From the NCBI RefSeq assembly GCF_009914755.1, contig NC_060929.1: a stretch of 64,000 bases of DNA. One strand, written 5' to 3'. Within the stretch, counting starts at the first letter, position 1, and each line of letters begins with the position of its first letter. The notes under the pieces were generated by a model. That model ran no database searches, was not told where the DNA came from, and was given only the letters and a program-made list of their open reading frames with translations. A program made the translations under genes and the position numbers. Below, one piece after another: positions 31,069 to 44,436 of this stretch. Origin of the DNA: the human T2T-CHM13v2.0 reference genome, Homo sapiens.

Positions 31069-31144
31069 CTATGATGCAAATACCTCCCATTAGGTCTCAC
31101 CTCTAACACTGGGGATCAAATTTCAGCCTGAGATTTGGAGGGGA
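31069..31144 (-). mobile_element. MST/THE1-type MaLR LTR end fragment
   Basis: 'acctcccattaggtctcacctctaacactggggatcaaatttc...aaacatccaaactatagca'. Confidence 0.75.
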
Positions 31145-31734
31145 TAAACATCCAAACTATAGCAAGCACAGGGTACCATCCTCTAGTTAAATAACATTCT
31201 TATACATCTCAACAATGCTTAAGTTCTTTCACTCTATGCTTATGTGCACATGACCATCACTATGGGCAACATCCTGATACACCATAATCACTGAATCTGA
31301 GGACCCTAATTATAGAATCAGAGAAATCAAAGGTTGAAGGGAAAAAAATAAAACAATGCTTCATTTTTGCAAAAAAAAAAAAAGAGTCTAGTTTATTATT
31401 CAACTGAACAATTCTGGGAGGTAAGTTGGTTTCACTCTCTTTCCTGTATTCCTAGAATTCACACAGGAAGATAGACAAAGAACTAGTATTAAACTATAAG
31501 TGTCCTAAGCTACTGTTCTGTCATTTGAGCCAGGAGACTTCCCAGGCAACTCCTTCTGTATTCCTAAAGCACCAGTTAGCTCGTGTGCAGTAAGTGGGGA
31601 AGGATTTCATGCCTCATTTGCTTCTGTGGCAGCACCATGGGAACTAGAGAATAAAATACATGTCAATTCAACAGCTGCTTTACAAGAATCTGGGAAACTA
31701 TTCAGATGTAATCATGGGGACTTCAAACAGTCAA

Positions 31735-33770
31735 TTTATTCAACATATTTTTAACAGTACATATATATATATAAATGATGCTTTCTTTCTATCATTATAA
31801 GTGCTAAGGAAAAGTAGTGATCAAAACAGACTAAGTCCCTTCTCTAGTGAAACTTAACATTTCAGTTGGGTAAAGAAGTTCATTAGTAAGTCAGAATTAA
31901 TTCAGGTTAAATGCTATGAAGATAAATGCAATAAAAAGATAGAGTATGTTGTTTATCTTAAGAGTTCACAGAAGACATTTGAGCAAAGAACCTGAATTCA
32001 GTATTCAGCCATGGAGAGATCTAAAAAAAGATGTTCTGAAGAAATAAAATGCAAACATCTGGAGGTGAAAACTAATTTCATATCTTCTCAGAGCAACAAG
32101 ATGAGGTCAGAGAGCAGGCCGGGGCCAGATTATATACATAAGGAGTTTATATTTTGTCTGAGTCAAATGGGAAGTCATTGCATGTTTTAAACTAGGAATT
32201 AAATGAATTAGATTGATCTTTTTTCTATTTTTATTAACAGTAAAATTTACCATTTAAAAAGTGTACAGTTCTCCTAATTTTGATGTACACACACAATTAT
32301 GTAATTATCCCCATGATCAAGATATACAACAGTTCCATCTCACAAAAGAATTCCCCCATGTCTCTTTGTGGTCACCTTCACTTTCACTAAATTTGTTTTC
32401 GATCATAGTTTTTTGCTTTTTCAGAATATCATACAAATAAAATCATACAGCCTTTTGTCTTTGAGTCTTGCTTCTCCTGTTCAGCATAATGCATTATTCT
32501 TCCATGTTCTTGACAGTATCAGTAGTTTATTCCTTATTATTACTGAGTTGAGTTTTTATTGCTATAAATGGATATACCACAATTTATCTGTTCCACAGTT
32601 TCTTTCTAGTTTTCTTTGCCAATTACAAAGTAATGTGCTACAAACATCCATATACAGAGTAATCTGCGACAAACATCCACATATAAGTTTTTTTTTTTTT
32701 TTTTTTTTTTTGCTTGCTTCTAAGTGGTTTATTTCTACTTCTCTTTTTATGGGTGCAACATACCAACATGGCACATGTATTCATATGTAACAAACCTGCA
32801 CGTTGTGCACATGTACCCTAAAACTTAAAGTATAATAAAAAATAATAAAAAAAAAAAATAAAAAATAAACACATATAAGTTTTTGAGTGAACATAGGCTT
32901 TCATTTCACTTGAGCAAATGCTTATAAGAATTACTAGGTCATATGATGAGTATACATGTAACTCTAGAAGAAAGTACCAAACTTTTTTTCCAAAGTGGCT
33001 GCATGGTTTGGCATTCTCACAGGCAATGTGTAAGTTCCAGTTGCCTGGCATCTTCACCTGCAAGTGTTTCTGTGTTTTTGGTTGTTGCCTTTCAGATTTA
33101 TTTTGAACTTATTGCTCTTGTTGCTGAATGGAAACTGACTGTGGCGGGTAAGAATAGAAGATAGAAAAGCAGTGAAGAAGGCTATTGCAGTGGTCAAGGT
33201 GAGAAATGATGGCAGTTTGCATGAAGGACTCACGAACATCATTGGAAATGTCAACTTTAAGGATACAACTTTCAGGGTTAAGTACAGATAAAAGGACTGG
33301 CTGAGAAATTGGGCATTACATGTGAGAGAAAAAGATGAATCTGGAACAGTGAGGTAATGGTAGTACCTCATATTGAGATAGTATATGTAGATTAAGAAAA
33401 TATTTCAAGAAAGGTAATCAAGAAAGTCTTTTAGATGTGTTATGCTTAAGATGCCTCTTAAACATACAAGATATGATGTCAAGTAATTAGAAGAATATAC
33501 AAGCTGAAGTTCAGAGAAGTGATTTGAACCAGATATATAAGTCTATGACTCAGGTAGGGCTGAAGATTTACACTTGGGAGTTACTGGGTCTCTGTAATAT
33601 TTAAAACCATTGCATGGGTTGAGATTCCCTAGAGAGGTTATACAGAGAAGTGATCCCTGTGTCACTTTTACACTTAGAATTTAGGAAGAAAAGGGGCACC
33701 TAGCCATAGTGACTGGTAAGAAGTGGCCAATGAAATTTGAAGGCAATAAGGCAACTATATAATGCATTAT
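31735..33770 (-). mobile_element. L2 split by an old L1M 3' end (about 32225-33085)
   Basis: Antisense L2 motifs on both sides. The L1M-like block has 'gtacagttctcctaattttgat...tcaagatatacaacagttccatc' and 'ttttttccaaagtggctgca'. Confidence 0.65.
32688..32869 (-). mobile_element. L1PA4-like insertion with 3' transduction and inversion
   Basis: Order is poly(T) 32688-32711, 37-nt non-L1 tag, then L1 3' end and A-tail on the + strand (32749-32869); 15-bp TSD CACATATAAGTTTTT at 32678-32692 and 32870-32884. Confidence 0.85.
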
Positions 33771-34239
33771 CAAGTATGTGAACAAAAACTACACAAGTAA
33801 AGACAGTACAAGATGACATACCTCTCAGAGAATAATTGTCAGGTTTTGGTAGTAGGTGGTGGTCTTCCTCCTTTTTCCCCCTCAATCATCTGTTGCTGTT
33901 ACTTTAAATATGAAATGAAAACATCACTCAGCCACAGGATCAGACTAGCATGTAAGAATGGGGTCCTACTGACCAAACATGACAACTTTTCAGTAGAATG
34001 ATTAGAAGGCAGGACTGGGTGAGGAGGTTGATGATGTTGTGCACACCTGAAGAAAGACACTTCTTATCCATTCTCAATTTTTCCATTGCACAATGAATAT
34101 TGTAGAAATAATGCAAGTTGTAAAAATGAAACTATGTGGAAGATATGACTCGGTGCAGTGAATAAGATCCCAGCTTTGGAATCAGAGAGGTTGGATTGAA
34201 TATCCTATCCACGACCTCTAGAGTCTAATGGAGCACCAG

Positions 34240-34850
34240 GCTTACATTTTTACAGTGTAAGTCAGGCCATGTCACTCTTCTGCCCAGAATCTTCTTTTGG
34301 CTCACCATCTTTAAAAAATAAAATTTAAAATCCTTGCAAGGTCTTATAGTACCCTACTTAAATGGTGCATTCCCATTACTTCTGATGTTATCGTCCACAA
34401 GTTTTTCCTCTCTCGTTTCCTTTCAGCCACCATATGTGTACTGACAATTGAGCACACTAGGTACATTACTTCCTCAGATTCTTTGAATACTCTCCATTCT
34501 TTCTAGAATGTTCTCTTCCAAGACATCCTCATGGCTCATGACCTCATCTTTTGTAGGTCTTTGCTCAAAGTTATCTTCTCAGTGAGCCCCATTGCCCCAA
34601 ACTCTCTAGCATTACAGATCCTTCTATTTATTATACCTGCCTTATTTTTCTCTGTAATACTTTCCATCAACTGAAATACTGTTTATCTATCTATATCTAT
34701 GTGAATTTCATGTCATTATTTTCCCTCTAATGTGTAATCTCCCTGATGGAATAAAATTTGTACATCTTATCTGCTGCAGTATCACCAGGAACCAGGACAG
34801 AGTCTGGTATGTAGTAAGCACCAATAAATATTGCATGAGAGAATTAAATG
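34240..34850 (+). mobile_element. L2 fragment
   Basis: 'gtaagtcaggccatgtcactcttctgccc...gtctttgctcaaagttatcttctcagtgag...gtagtaagcaccaataaatattg'. Confidence 0.75.
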
Positions 34851-35523
34851 ATGTACATAATTCACTACACACAGTGTCTAACATAAGACCACTGCAAATG
34901 ACTGCATGGTTATTGTTACTGTTATGATTACTAATATTTTTCATTAAATTTCTTAAATGCAAACTTGAATTAAATTCTGAGATATCAGTACATATCCATT
35001 ATATCAGTCTTTGCCAAAAGCTGAGTAGTCAGACTCTTTTAGCTTGGCCACCTAAAAGTCAGGGAAATTTCAGAGACCTGAGAGAGGCTTGTGAAGCCGA
35101 GAGCTGTAATTTCAATGAGCATGAACTATATTTAGCTGCAGCTGTTACTGAAGGACATTTCTCTCTGTGCATTAAATGAGTTGGGCTTGCAGAACTTTAT
35201 ATCTTTTGTGTAAACCAGTAAGAAAACCAGGCTGTGTTTCTAAGACCCAGAAAGCAGTATGTTACGACCCAGACAATTGACTGCTGAGCTGGGTCCCATC
35301 AAGGCTTCTTCCCTAGAAATCACTTGTTAAAAGGTTCAGTCCTAGTTCTAGCATTTGATGTTTTCCTTCTCCCTGATTATAATAGCTATATGCATTGACC
35401 AATGAAAACAAAAGTTGTGTCATAAAAAAAAGATAATAAATGAAAAACCTAAGATTTACAGTGAGCCAGCAACTCTGCTAAGTGCCTCTGACTGATCATG
35501 CTACTTCATCCTTGCAAACCCTC

Positions 35524-35594
35524 TGTTATGGGTTGACTTGTGTCCTCCCGAAATTCGTATGTTAAAATCCTAAACCTCAGTACCTCAGAATGTG
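35524..35594 (+). mobile_element. 5' stub of an MLT1B-like LTR
   Basis: TGTTATGGGTTGACTTGTGTCCTCCCGAAATTCGTATGTT...CAGTACCTCAGAATGTGA. Confidence 0.75.
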
Positions 35595-35597
35595 AAA

Positions 35598-35988
35598 GGC
35601 CAATGCCACCTTTTTCTCACACTTCCCCAGCCAGAATTGGACCTGAAACTGCTATAAGAATGTTCTGGCCTACAATGAGTAATGGGCCATCAAGGCCATG
35701 AGCCACTGCGGGAAGAGCGCACAGCCCTGTGAGGAGTTCTTGTGCACTCTGCTCACTGAGCCCGGCAGCTGGGTGCAGCACTGGAACAGCATGCCGAGGA
35801 TTGCACCTTTGCCAACAAGATCCAACTGCTCCAGCGTGCCCTCCTAGCCATTAGCCCTGGTGACCCCCTTCCTCCTGTTGTCTGCTAGATTCTGCCCCAG
35901 TTACACATCACCACCTCCCAATCTCTAAGCCACAAATAGAGTGGTTATTCCCGAAAAAATAAATAAATAAATAAACAAACAAATGAAT
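35598..35988 (+). pseudogene. Old 5'-truncated processed pseudogene of cytochrome c oxidase subunit 6B (COX6B2-like)
   Basis: Piecewise translation PPF..FPSQNWT*NCYKNVLAY..IKAMSHCGKSAQPCE..SWVQHWN..TFANKI aligns with COX6B2 as I recall it (PPFDPRFPSQNQ.RNCYQNFLDY..K...RGKSTQPCE..SWV..WN..FAGKI). No introns; AATAGA at 35935; (TAAA)n tail; possible TSD AATGTGAAA at 35589 and 35989. Confidence 0.85.
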
Positions 35989-37837
35989 AATGTGAAAATG
36001 GAATTCTTAAAAACTGAATCTAACTTTAAATGTACCAAGAGAGCTTGATATTGAAAGATGTCTAGCCATCTAATGCCTTTTTATAAGCGATGGTAAATCT
36101 AATGGTCTTTTGGTGTTTGGGTTCTTTATTTAGATTATGATCAACAGGCATCTATTTAGAATTCATTATGTGCTAGCAGGCAGGGAGACATGTTAGAGGT
36201 TATTGCTATGTTCTAGGTAAGAAACAATAATGATTTAGACTAAGGTGGTAGCAGTGGATATAAAGAGAAGTGTACTGATAAGATGTGTATTTTGAAGCTA
36301 GAGCCAATAGGTCTTCGTGCACATAGATTGGAGTTCTTTGTAGGAGTGGTGAGAAGTGAAGGGAAAAATATCCAATTGCAAACTGGTTACCATTTATTTA
36401 GATAAGGAAGTTTGTTTTATAAATATGAAACCTTATTATAGTCCCATACAGGTAAAATTAGCACAAGGGATTTTTCCTTCTTCTTTTCTTTTCTTTTAAC
36501 TGGGAGTAGATCAAAGAGTTACTCTCAGTTTGAATTAGATTTAGGTTAAGTAGAAAAAAATCCAAGGCTTTTGGAATGAATTTTTTAATTTTTTAATAGG
36601 AAAGTTTCTCCTTTGGAAACACTAGCTAGATCTCTAGGTGGCAAGCAGATACAGCAGATGAATTAAAAGCCGTTAGTGTCAGCTCAAGCATGCACATGGA
36701 TTGGGTCTCATGTCTCTTGACCCCATTCTACTCCCATTGTCAAAAAAATAAAAATAAAAAGCCTCAGTTACCAATTTATCATGATACAGTACATATCAGA
36801 AATGTCAAGGGAGTCAGGGTTGACATATTGCTGAAGGGACTGTGCATGAGGGTTTCAGTGACAAACACAACCATTTTGGAGGAGGAAATTTGGGCTAAAG
36901 AAGTTACGAGAAGGTCAACTGTCCATCAGAATTCTATAAAGGGGCAGCTACACCAGAATAGCATCTAGTTGTTATTAGAACTACCAAAGTAAGGCCATTC
37001 TGATGGGCTAACTCCAAATAAGAACCAAAATAACCCCAGGCAGCAATGAGAAAGTAACCATGAAGAGATGGGGCAGGGCATACTCTTAAAAGGCAGTATT
37101 TAAAATTCACCTTCTAGCCAGTGGTATGATGGTTCAAATTAAAAATTAAACACAGAGATATGGATGGGAAAAATACCTAAAAAGCTTTTAAATGGTGAAT
37201 AAGAAGTGCAGCATTGTTGTGAGGGTCAACAAGAAGACACAAAACTCCCAAGAGGTTCTGATGACATGACTTAATCAAGCAGCTCTCTTTTGACTAAAAT
37301 GGTGTCTTCAAGCAGCAAATGCTAACCATACTTCTCCACCAAAATTTATCAGAGTATTCATCCCATAGAATGTATATTTATAGAGTTGTAAAACTTTGGC
37401 ATTCCACATTTTTTAACAGTTATGCTCATACCTAAATGGCACTAAAATACTGGCATATTTAACAGAAACATCTTAAGTACAAAATGTGTTCAGTCTTGAC
37501 AGACTCACTGCTCATGACATTCTAGATTATTTTGGGAAATAGTCATCTTGGGTATCTGCATTTATGGTAGTCTTGCTTGTTAGAGATCACTAGTGACTAA
37601 AAACTTGTAGCAATGAAAGAATTTGAGAATGAAAGGAATATTAAGTGCCTAGTTGAGTGTAGTCATGGGTTATATATTTTACATAAACTCATATCTCACC
37701 TTACCCTCATAAAATTCCAATTGAAAGGCTGAAAAGGAATCATGTTGGAGGGATAGCTCTTATCTTCATGCTCTTCATTCACAGCAGAACTTCAATGATC
37801 CAGAATCTTTAGAGAATTCATGGAATTCTAGTTACTT

Positions 37838-37904
37838 TTTTTCTTTATAAATTACCCAGTCTTGGAAATGTCTTTATTAGCAGTGTGAGAACAGGCTAAT
37901 ATAC
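37838..37904 (+). mobile_element. THE1/MST LTR 3' fragment
   Basis: 'tttataaattacccagtcttgg...tctttattagcagtgtgagaacaggctaatac'. Confidence 0.75.
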
Positions 37905-38213
37905 TAAGTATCGTCCTCCATCTCTCCTGTGATAAGCCCTTCCATGTATTTAGCAATCAGTTAGATTTATGTCCTTGTCTATACTTCTTTTTGATTAAGA
38001 TGGTTTACCAAACTGCATTCTACAAGCAGATCTCTGAGTTCAGTCTGGACCGATTAGTCCTATGTACCTTTCAGATTTGCCAGACATAAATTTAAAGCCA
38101 GAGAATGGAGTACTTTATCATCTTTATCAGATGAGAAAAAAATTAGGCCCATAGATTTATACAAAGAACAAAACTTTACAAACATAGCAGTGGCTCTCAT
38201 GGATAAATGTGTT

Positions 38214-38685
38214 TGCTGCTATTGGGATATTCATGCTCTAGGGTAACTGCACTTGCTAGCAATAACTTAAGCATATCCTGAGAACTACCCTGTATGGCAA
38301 ATGCATCTGAATGTGTGTTCCAAGCTAGGGAATACAGTAGTGGCCAACCTGCAGATTCGTTCCTTGCCTATGAAAAACATCTGAGTTTCTTGTCTGTCCT
38401 GTGGAACACCGACTGTACAGAGGATCAAGGTTCTAAGTTTTGGGTTCTGAAGATTGCCAGGTGGAGTTTGTTACGGGGAAGGTGCTAAGTAAAAATGACA
38501 TATAAACTGCATGCCTTTTGCAAGCAATTATGGTTCTCCTGTCCAGCCTGTGGCCACTGGGCTGTCTCCTCTGTATGTAAGCTTCCAATAAAACCCTATG
38601 TCTTGTTTGCTGGCTGTGAATTTCTTCTTAGTCCTCTCAAATCTGGTGCCATCTCCATTGGAGTTGATAGGAATTTGGCACAACA
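38214..38685 (+). mobile_element. ERV solo LTR (LTR47-like)
   Basis: TG...CA ends, about 470 bp, TATAAA near 38501 and AATAAA near 38587; 'cttaagcatatcctgagaactaccctgtatggc' resembles LTR47. Confidence 0.7.
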
Positions 38686-39732
38686 TTGGCTTATCAAAGG
38701 ACTTCAGAGATCCTAATGCCTTCATGTGGGGATCTTTCATGGATATATTGCAGAAGAAAGAGAAGGCTGAAAGTGTGGGTCTTTGCCCCTATCCCTTCAA
38801 CAAGTAGTAGGTAATCACAAGTGCTTCTGATCATGAGAATATGAGACCCATGAGAGCTGTGGAAAAATAGGTGTAAATGATGAAAATTTGAGGGCTTTCG
38901 AATCACTTTGGCTCACTGCTTGTCTTTTTAGCTTTGCCTATGAATAGAAAATGCATATGCTATAGTTGTGAGTTGGGGAAGGTACATGTTCTGGGTATCA
39001 TACAGGTCACCAAATGGTACATAATAGAGAAGTATCTACAATGAACCAAGTACTCTGATAAGAATTTTTATATGAATTGACTTGTTCATTCCTCATATAT
39101 AAGCTAGAAGGTGAGAATAATATAATAATCCCCAAAGGGAGATGAGGAAACTGACCCACAGGGAAAGTAAGTGAATTGTTTCAGCTACTAATGGAAAATG
39201 GTCTAAATTAGAAACCAGGTGACCCTGACTCCAGGGCCCACCCACTTGCTCTGCATTTTGCTTTTCTTTAATCTGGCTACCTTAGGAACTTGCCCCTCTC
39301 TTACACAGTAGTTTCTCACTTATGCAGAGATTTTTAAACTCTTGATTTAAAAGAATATATTTTTTTGAAAAGAAAGGAAGAGAGGGAAGGAAAATAATAG
39401 GTTGTGTGGCATAGGAACCCCATATAGTGCATTTGTAGAACAGTGCTCAGGATTGCTGCAGGTTGTGGGGGTGGGGGTACATGATTCTTATCTGATTCCT
39501 CCCTGATTAACCACTAAGGCACTCTGTGAAGTTCCCAAGAAACAATTTGAAACCAGTTAGTTAGGGTATTCTTGGCAACAAGACCCACATACAACAAACA
39601 AAAGCCCTGCCAGCTCAGGGAATAGTGCAGGTGAAACCAAGAGTTTACATTAAATATAAAGAAGATGCAATGCCTGTTTGTTTTTGTGCTTGCCCAGGAT
39701 ATTTTATACCTAAAAAGAACTCTTATCTGGAA

Positions 39733-39925
39733 CAGGGGTCATCAAACTATGATCCAATGGCTACATCTGCTTTTGTATGGACCTCAAGCTAAGAAGGGAT
39801 TTTACATTTTAAAAGTGTTTTGAAAATTATCAAAGAAGAACATGTGACAGAAACTGTATGTGAACCACAAAGCCAAAAATATTTACTATCTGGCTTTTTG
39901 TTTGGAAAAATGTTGCTGACCCATG
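39733..39925. mobile_element. MER58-like hAT-Charlie MITE
   Basis: CAGGGGTCATCAAACTA...AAAAATATTTACTATCTGGC...TTGCTGACCCATG. Confidence 0.75.
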
Positions 39926-40687
39926 CCCTAAAATGTTTGGTTATGACCTTTCTGCTTTATCACTGTCCAATTCAGCAGTGACTGGTCTATTACAATTCTG
40001 CCAGCAGAGCCTCTGCTGCCAAATTTGTTTGTTTAAGGAAAGCAACTCAACATGGTTATTAATGGGTTCCATCTATTGTCAGACCGAATTATGCTTCCAG
40101 AGGTGTGGAGGTGCTAGGCTTGGTCTCCTCTGGATAGGAGTATGGAAAGCACACAGAGATGGATCTTTTCTAAGGAAATGTCCTGTCACACTGTCCTGTC
40201 AAACACAACACCTGTAGAAAAACTGGAACTAGGGCCCATGAATTTATTATCTACATGTGCCAGAAATTTCATAATAGCCTAAGCATAAAATACTGGAAAA
40301 GGCAGATGAGGTAGAGGTAAGACAAGATTGATTTTAAGAATAAGCTGAGTATGTTAGGTTTTCCAAGAAGCATACACTGAATCAGAATTGGGGGTGCAAG
40401 AGGTTGATTGTGGGGAGAGGGTATCCTAGTAAAAAGCAAGAGGAGGTAGGATTGAACAGGGAAAGAAGGAACAAGATTGAGCAGAGTTGCCTGAGATAAC
40501 AAGCAGGTCTAAGACTGAATTGGCCCCAAAGAGAGCTCCCCGGGAAGTATGGCCCTTTGGAGAAGTCCCACTTTGAGCAGAACTGGACAGGCCCTGGTAA
40601 CCCAATATACAATCATCGTCAGAGCCATCTGGGAAGAACAAGTTTTTCACTCAGCACATGTGGTGGATATTGAGGGTGTCATCAATC

Positions 40688-40969
40688 TTTTTTTTTTTTT
40701 TCTCTGTCACCCAGGCTAGAGTACAATAGTGCGATCTTGGCTCACTGCAAACTCTACCTCCTGGGTTCAAGCAATTCTCCTGCCTCAGCCTCCTGAGTAG
40801 CTGTGATTACAGGTGCCCACCACCACACCCGGCTAATTTTTGTACTTTTAGTAGAAACGGGATTTCACCATGTTGACCAGGTTGGTCTCGAACTCCTGAC
40901 CTCAAGTGATCCGCCCGCCTTGGCTTCCCAAAGTGTTGGGATTACAGGCATGAGACACTGTGCCCAGCC
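40688..40969 (-). mobile_element. AluS-like SINE
   Basis: Antisense Alu with CTCGAACTCCTGACCTCAAGTGATCC; degenerate TSD GGTGTCA.CA.TCTTTT at 40675 and 40972. Confidence 0.93.
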
Positions 40970-41459
40970 CAGGTGTCACCAGTCTTTTTAAGGGAGAGCA
41001 TAGTGGTGCACTTCACAAATGCACATTGAGTAAACTAGCGGAGACCCTATGGAATAGGGGGTGGCAAGAAGTGCCATGAAAGCCTTACACACAAATCTGT
41101 TTCTCTCCCTGATGTATCAAAGTTAGCTCTTCATTCTTTCAAGTATATGCTGCTTTTTCCCTGGTAGCCTCTTGTTTCCTAGGAAGAGGGACATATCAAG
41201 TTGTAATACCACAGAGTCAATGATTCGATCATATTTTTTTAGAAGGAAAAAAAGACTTGTGTTATGAGTACTGGAGACCTATTTATTTAGAATTAGAAGA
41301 AACCTAGAGAATGCTCAATTCAATATACTCCCACCCCTATATTACAGACATGAATTGACAAGATGGAAGAAGATAGAAGTGGTAAGCCAGAGAAATGGGA
41401 AAACAAAATCAAGGATTTTATAGTTTTACTGAGAACTGTAACTTTTATTCACTGCTCCA

Positions 41460-42490
41460 CCCCAATCCAAGCTACTATCATTTCTCCCTGATTTCCTGCC
41501 ATTTTCACAGCAGCCAGAATGATTCTGATATCTCAGTCAGATGATGGCATTCCTTGGCTCAAAAAGTTCTAATGGTTTCTGTGTAGCCAAGAGTACAAGT
41601 CAAAGTCCTTTGCAATGCCTGAAGAGCCTTATTCACTCCTGCCCCAATTATACCTTCTGCTATCTTCCCCCACCACTCACTGGGCTCCAGCTACACTGCA
41701 TCTTTGATTTTTTTTTAACAAGTTACAGACCTTTGCACTAGCTATTCCCTCTCTTCAGAAGACTTATAGTATGTACATTTACTTATACTTTTTATTTTGA
41801 GATAACTATAGACTTACAGAAGAGCCACAAAAATAGTATACAGTTACCATATATCCTTCCCCTAGCTTCCCTTAATATTAATATCTTAGATAATCCTGGT
41901 ACAATTATCAAAACTCAGACATTAATGTTGGTGTAATACTACAACTGAACTGCAGACTTTCTTTGGATTTCACCAGTTCATAAACTAAGACCCCCTGTCT
42001 TCCATTCCAGAAATCAATCCAGGTTCTCAAATTGTATTTAGTTGCCCTGTCTCCTTAGTCTCCTCCATTCTTGACAGTTCCTCCATCTTTCCCTGTCTTT
42101 CAAGACTCTGAAATTTTGAAAGTATTAGCCAGTTATTTTACAGTGTCCTCCAAGTTGCATATTAGGTATTCCATAGGTTGTACTTTTCACCACCTCACTT
42201 CCTTTGGTTCTTTGCTCAAGTATCTCAGTGAAGTCTTGTCTGATCATTTTATTTAAAATGTTACCCAGTTCGCTTGTACCCCAAAGGCTGTCTACCATAA
42301 TCCCCTGCTTTATTTTTCTCTACTTACAAAGATCAAATGGTCCTTATTTCTTCATTATTTATTGTCAGCCTACCTCTTCAAGACTATTAACTCCATAAAG
42401 GCAGGGATTTTTGCCTAATTTCTAGAAAATTCTCTGATACATAGAAGATGCTCAATAAAGTTTTATTGAATGAATTCAATGAATGAACTG
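41460..42490 (+). mobile_element. L2 interrupted by an antisense L1MC-like 3' end (about 41770-42140)
   Basis: L2 motifs 'cacagcagccagaatgat' and 'gatgctcaataaag...attgaatgaat'; L1MC-like 'ttattttgagataactatagacttacagaag'. Confidence 0.65.
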
Positions 42491-43329
42491 GATCTTTTGC
42501 TGTTCTCAGGAATCCAGAAAGCAAAAGGAGCTTACCTCAAGTTTTGAATGCTATATAACATAGAAAATTCAAAGACTGTTGGAACTATCCAGCTAAGAGA
42601 CTAGATGAAGCTTCATGGGACACCTCACATATAGTTTTCTGTTTTCCTTGTTAAGCCAGTAGGAACAATTATTTAAAATATATTTCTTGCTAAGCTGTGC
42701 AGGTCCAAATTTATAAGCTTGGATTTTTCTACTTCTTTTTGAAAAAAAAAAGATGAAATTATGGAAACAAAAACCTCTTAGCCTTTGTAACTACTGTACT
42801 TTGCTCAGTAAAATGGATTTCAGATGCAGAAACATTTCACCCTCAAATAGAGCCTTTCAAAATCATTTCCTGACATTTTTACTCATACAAGTGCAAATGC
42901 CTCCTGATTCATGGAGATTTGAGGCATGTTAAAAACCCAGGCTGTTCTCAACTATACTGGGTTTGCTATTCCATCAGCAAAGTATACAAGATTATTTTTT
43001 ACTCTTCTCCTGTTTATCTTACTTTTAGTTTCAAATATATTATTAGAGTTTCCACTCAAAGTGATAAAAGGTGAAAAAAGGAGACAAAACTATAATCTGG
43101 TAATTTTATTGCATGTGACCATCACAGAAGACACTGACTAGTAGAGATTCTGGTGCTAGAAACCTTGGGAATTACTTTTAATTTCAGTATCCAGGGCCAA
43201 GAAGAAGGAATGAGGTACAGTGAAAAGTTAAATGGTGTTGATTTCTAACAATAGATATTCAGAAAATCATCTGACTTTCTTAAGCCTGGCTTCTTTACTT
43301 ACAAAATGAAGTAACATCATATCTACTAA

Positions 43330-44190
43330 CTAATGTGTTAAGCCCCTGCTAATATGTTTAGAGTCCCTGCTATGGCCAATCCCTGGAAATACATATATGG
43401 AAGACACAGGTCCTCTTCTCAAGGATTTCACAGATGAGGAATATAGATTTCCAGGAAAAACATTTACTATAGTATGATAATTTTTAAAATATCAGTTTAT
43501 ACAGAGAAAGTGTTGGTGACTAGTTAAAAGGTATCCAGATGATGACAGTACCTTGGAGTAGATGACGTCAGAGGGATTTATGAGGTTTATGGACAGTTCG
43601 GCAAGACAGCAGTCTTAGATGACATAGGCAGATGTGATACTAACTGAGATAAGGAGAAGTAGGTTGAGGTGATGCCAGCACAAAGATGATGAACTCAGTT
43701 GTGAAGGTATGAAGAATGGGGCATCTGTGAGACAGTCATGCTGAAATTTTTGTAGAAAATTAGATATACAAGTCTGACTTTCAGAAAAAAAAGATCCAGA
43801 AGAAAATATGAACTTGAGAAGCACCAAGACATAGATCAGTGATGTTTCTCAAGAGGCAACTATGGAACAAGAAGAGCACAGAGTTTAGGACTTAAGCTTG
43901 AACAACATCAAAATTTAAAGATTAGGTAGAGGCAGATGTGCCCAAAAAGGAGTTAGAAAACACTTACCCAAATGGAGGAGGAATATTATGAAACACTAGA
44001 GCTACAGAAGTCAAAAAGTAAGGTACCTTAAGGAAGAGGCTGTTATCATTAGACAGTGAAAAGTATCCACTAGATATAGCCAAATGATGGGCATTGGTGA
44101 CCTTCAAGAGAGCTGTTCTCATGGTTTGGCTGGGCCGATCGGAGATCGAAGTAGACATAAAAGAGTGTGTTGAAACTGCTAGAAAATAGG
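43330..44190 (-). mobile_element. L2 fragment
   Basis: 'gggcattggtgaccttcaagagagctgttctcatgg' and related antisense L2 motifs. Confidence 0.6.
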
Positions 44191-44436
44191 GAATGAGGAA
44201 GAAAATAGAAACCTATTAAGATAATTATATAGAAGTCTCTGTCTGTATTACTATTACTGCATTAACCTACTCTCTCCCTCATCCTCTCTGCACATGTATG
44301 ATTATATTTTATATACTACCTAAATATCTAATGTATCTATTACATATAAGGTATATATAAGGTGCATTAGAGAGATGATAGGTAGATAGATTGATTGATT
44401 CTTACTAATTAAACAATTTGGACACTGAAGTACAAA

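Noticed and set aside
32632-32688. Repeated ACAAACATCCA as the TSD of the adjacent insertion
   Set aside because: It is an older, diverged tandem duplication of about 29 bp in the host L1. The true TSD is CACATATAAGTTTTT.
40330-41030. Possible old ERVL-type LTR around the Alu
   Set aside because: The resemblance is too weak to assign a family or boundaries by eye.
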